Virus record (IMG/VR): IMGVR_UViG_3300031991_000008
Location: 1 to 64,000 of that record
Length of the DNA: 64,000 nt
Source of the DNA: a virus
Strand: one strand, 5' to 3'
Made by a program: the position numbers and the translations under genes. Under the pieces are notes generated by a model that saw only the letters and a program-made list of their open reading frames with translations, was not told where the DNA came from and searched no databases. Each line of letters starts with the position of its first letter. Position 1 is the first letter of the stretch. Below are positions 63,465 through 64,000 of the stretch, piece by piece.

Positions 63465-64000
63465 GCTTCGCACAACGAGAACTGAGTCGAACGAAGGGCC
63501 AGCCGGTATCGCTGCTCCTGTTTCGTTACGGCGCCGCCGTGGACGAGTTCTTCGCGTACACGAACGCGGAGTACGAACGCACGCACGCGACCGTGAACTA
63601 TCAGCCGGTGCCGATCTCTTACGGCGCCATCGAAGCGTCAGGTTCGCTCGACAAGAAGACTCTTGAAGTCCGCACGTCGCTCGACAACGAAGTGGCCGAA
63701 CTGTTTCGCGTGTCGCCGCCGTCGTATCCGATCTCGCTTGTGATTCGGCGCGGGCATTTGAATGACGCCGACAATCAATTCCTCGTCGAGTGGTCCGGTC
63801 GCGTTCTGTCGTGCGCCCGCGAGCGCAACGAAGCGATCTTCGCGTGCGAGCCGATCTCCACGTCGATGCGCCGTACCGGCCTGCGTCGGCATTGGCAGTA
63901 TTCTTGCCCGCACGCGCTCTACGGGCCGCAATGCAACGCGAACAAGGCAGCGGCCACGACGACGCAGACGGTCGTCAACGTCGAGAACGCGGCGATCATC
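63461..64000 (+). CDS. DUF2163 / Phage_BR0599-like distal tail protein (GTA g13-like), 5' partial in window
   Basis: MSFAQRELSRTKGQPVSLLLFRYG...YQPVPISYGAIEASGSLDKKTLEV...LVEWSGRVLSC...CEPISTSMRRTGLRRHWQYSCPHALYGPQC matches the DUF2163 signature. Confidence 0.65.
   Translation, partial: MSFAQRELSRTKGQPVSLLLFRYGAAVDEFFAYTNAEYERTHATVNYQPVPISYGAIEASGSLDKKTLEVRTSLDNEVAELFRVSPPSYPISLVIRRGHLNDADNQFLVEWSGRVLSCARERNEAIFACEPISTSMRRTGLRRHWQYSCPHALYGPQCNANKAAATTTQTVVNVENAAII

Noticed and set aside
1-64000. Searched by eye for CRISPR arrays, tRNA/rRNA genes, integrase/att sites, DGR template repeats and toxin-antitoxin pairs
   Set aside because: None seen. The only regularly spaced repeats are the iteron blocks and coding tandem repeats described above. 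No tyrosine/serine recombinase motifs were found in any ORF.

Overview
The window looks like most or all of a high-GC (about 62-65%) tailed-phage genome with no flanking host genes. I found no integrase, tRNA, rRNA or CRISPR array. Gene order (approximate coordinates):
- 1-7040 (+): end of the tail module. A lambda-J-like tip protein, a DUF2793-like fibre/spike protein, a glycine-rich fibre, and a GT42/Maf(DUF115)-like transferase.
- 7340-9000 (+): small membrane genes, including an embedded i-spanin/o-spanin pair.
- 9030-27120 (-): lysis and early genes. These include a GH24 endolysin, a holin-like protein, an MT-A70 adenine methyltransferase, a GapR/DUF2312-like protein, an HTH+metallophosphatase protein, a MazG-like protein, two small C5-cytosine-methyltransferase-like proteins, an SPFH/flotillin protein and many short hypotheticals.
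- 27180-27350: an iteron/palindrome block.
- 27480-30420 (-): a GC-richer accessory island of small genes.
- 30580-31215: direct repeats followed by an AT-rich TAATTACA-repeat island.
- 31223-33911 (-): a Prim-Pol/P4-D5-type primase-helicase and an HTH protein.
- 34053-41521 (+): replication module. An RS-repeat protein, a DUF2800 PD-(D/E)XK nuclease, a DUF2815 gp2.5-like SSB, family-A DNA polymerase, VRR-NUC and SNF2 helicase.
- 41557-44182 (+): a four-gene modification cluster of two GT-A-like glycosyltransferases, a SAM methyltransferase and a second GT42/Maf-like transferase.
- 44197-64000 (+): lambda-like packaging and head genes (TerS, GpA-type TerL, gpW, portal, S49 protease, gpD-like decoration, gpE-like capsid) and a tail with a GTA/alphaproteobacterial flavour (tail tube, G/T chaperone with a probable -1 frameshift, 1298-aa tape measure, DUF2460- and DUF2163/BR0599-like distal tail proteins).
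The tail module continues from the window end into the window start. Together with GapR, DUF2793, DUF2460 and DUF2163, this suggests a circular or permuted genome of an alphaproteobacterial siphovirus.
Most notable: about 27 in-frame copies of a 12-mer (consensus GACTCGAACTCG, encoding [D/E/S]-S-N-S) occur in virion structural genes only, often at protein C-termini. Five phage-encoded sugar/methyl transferases, two of them GT42/Maf-like, accompany them. I hypothesise an undescribed virion-protein glycosylation or tagging system. Family assignments are from motif-level reading only; no database searches were run.
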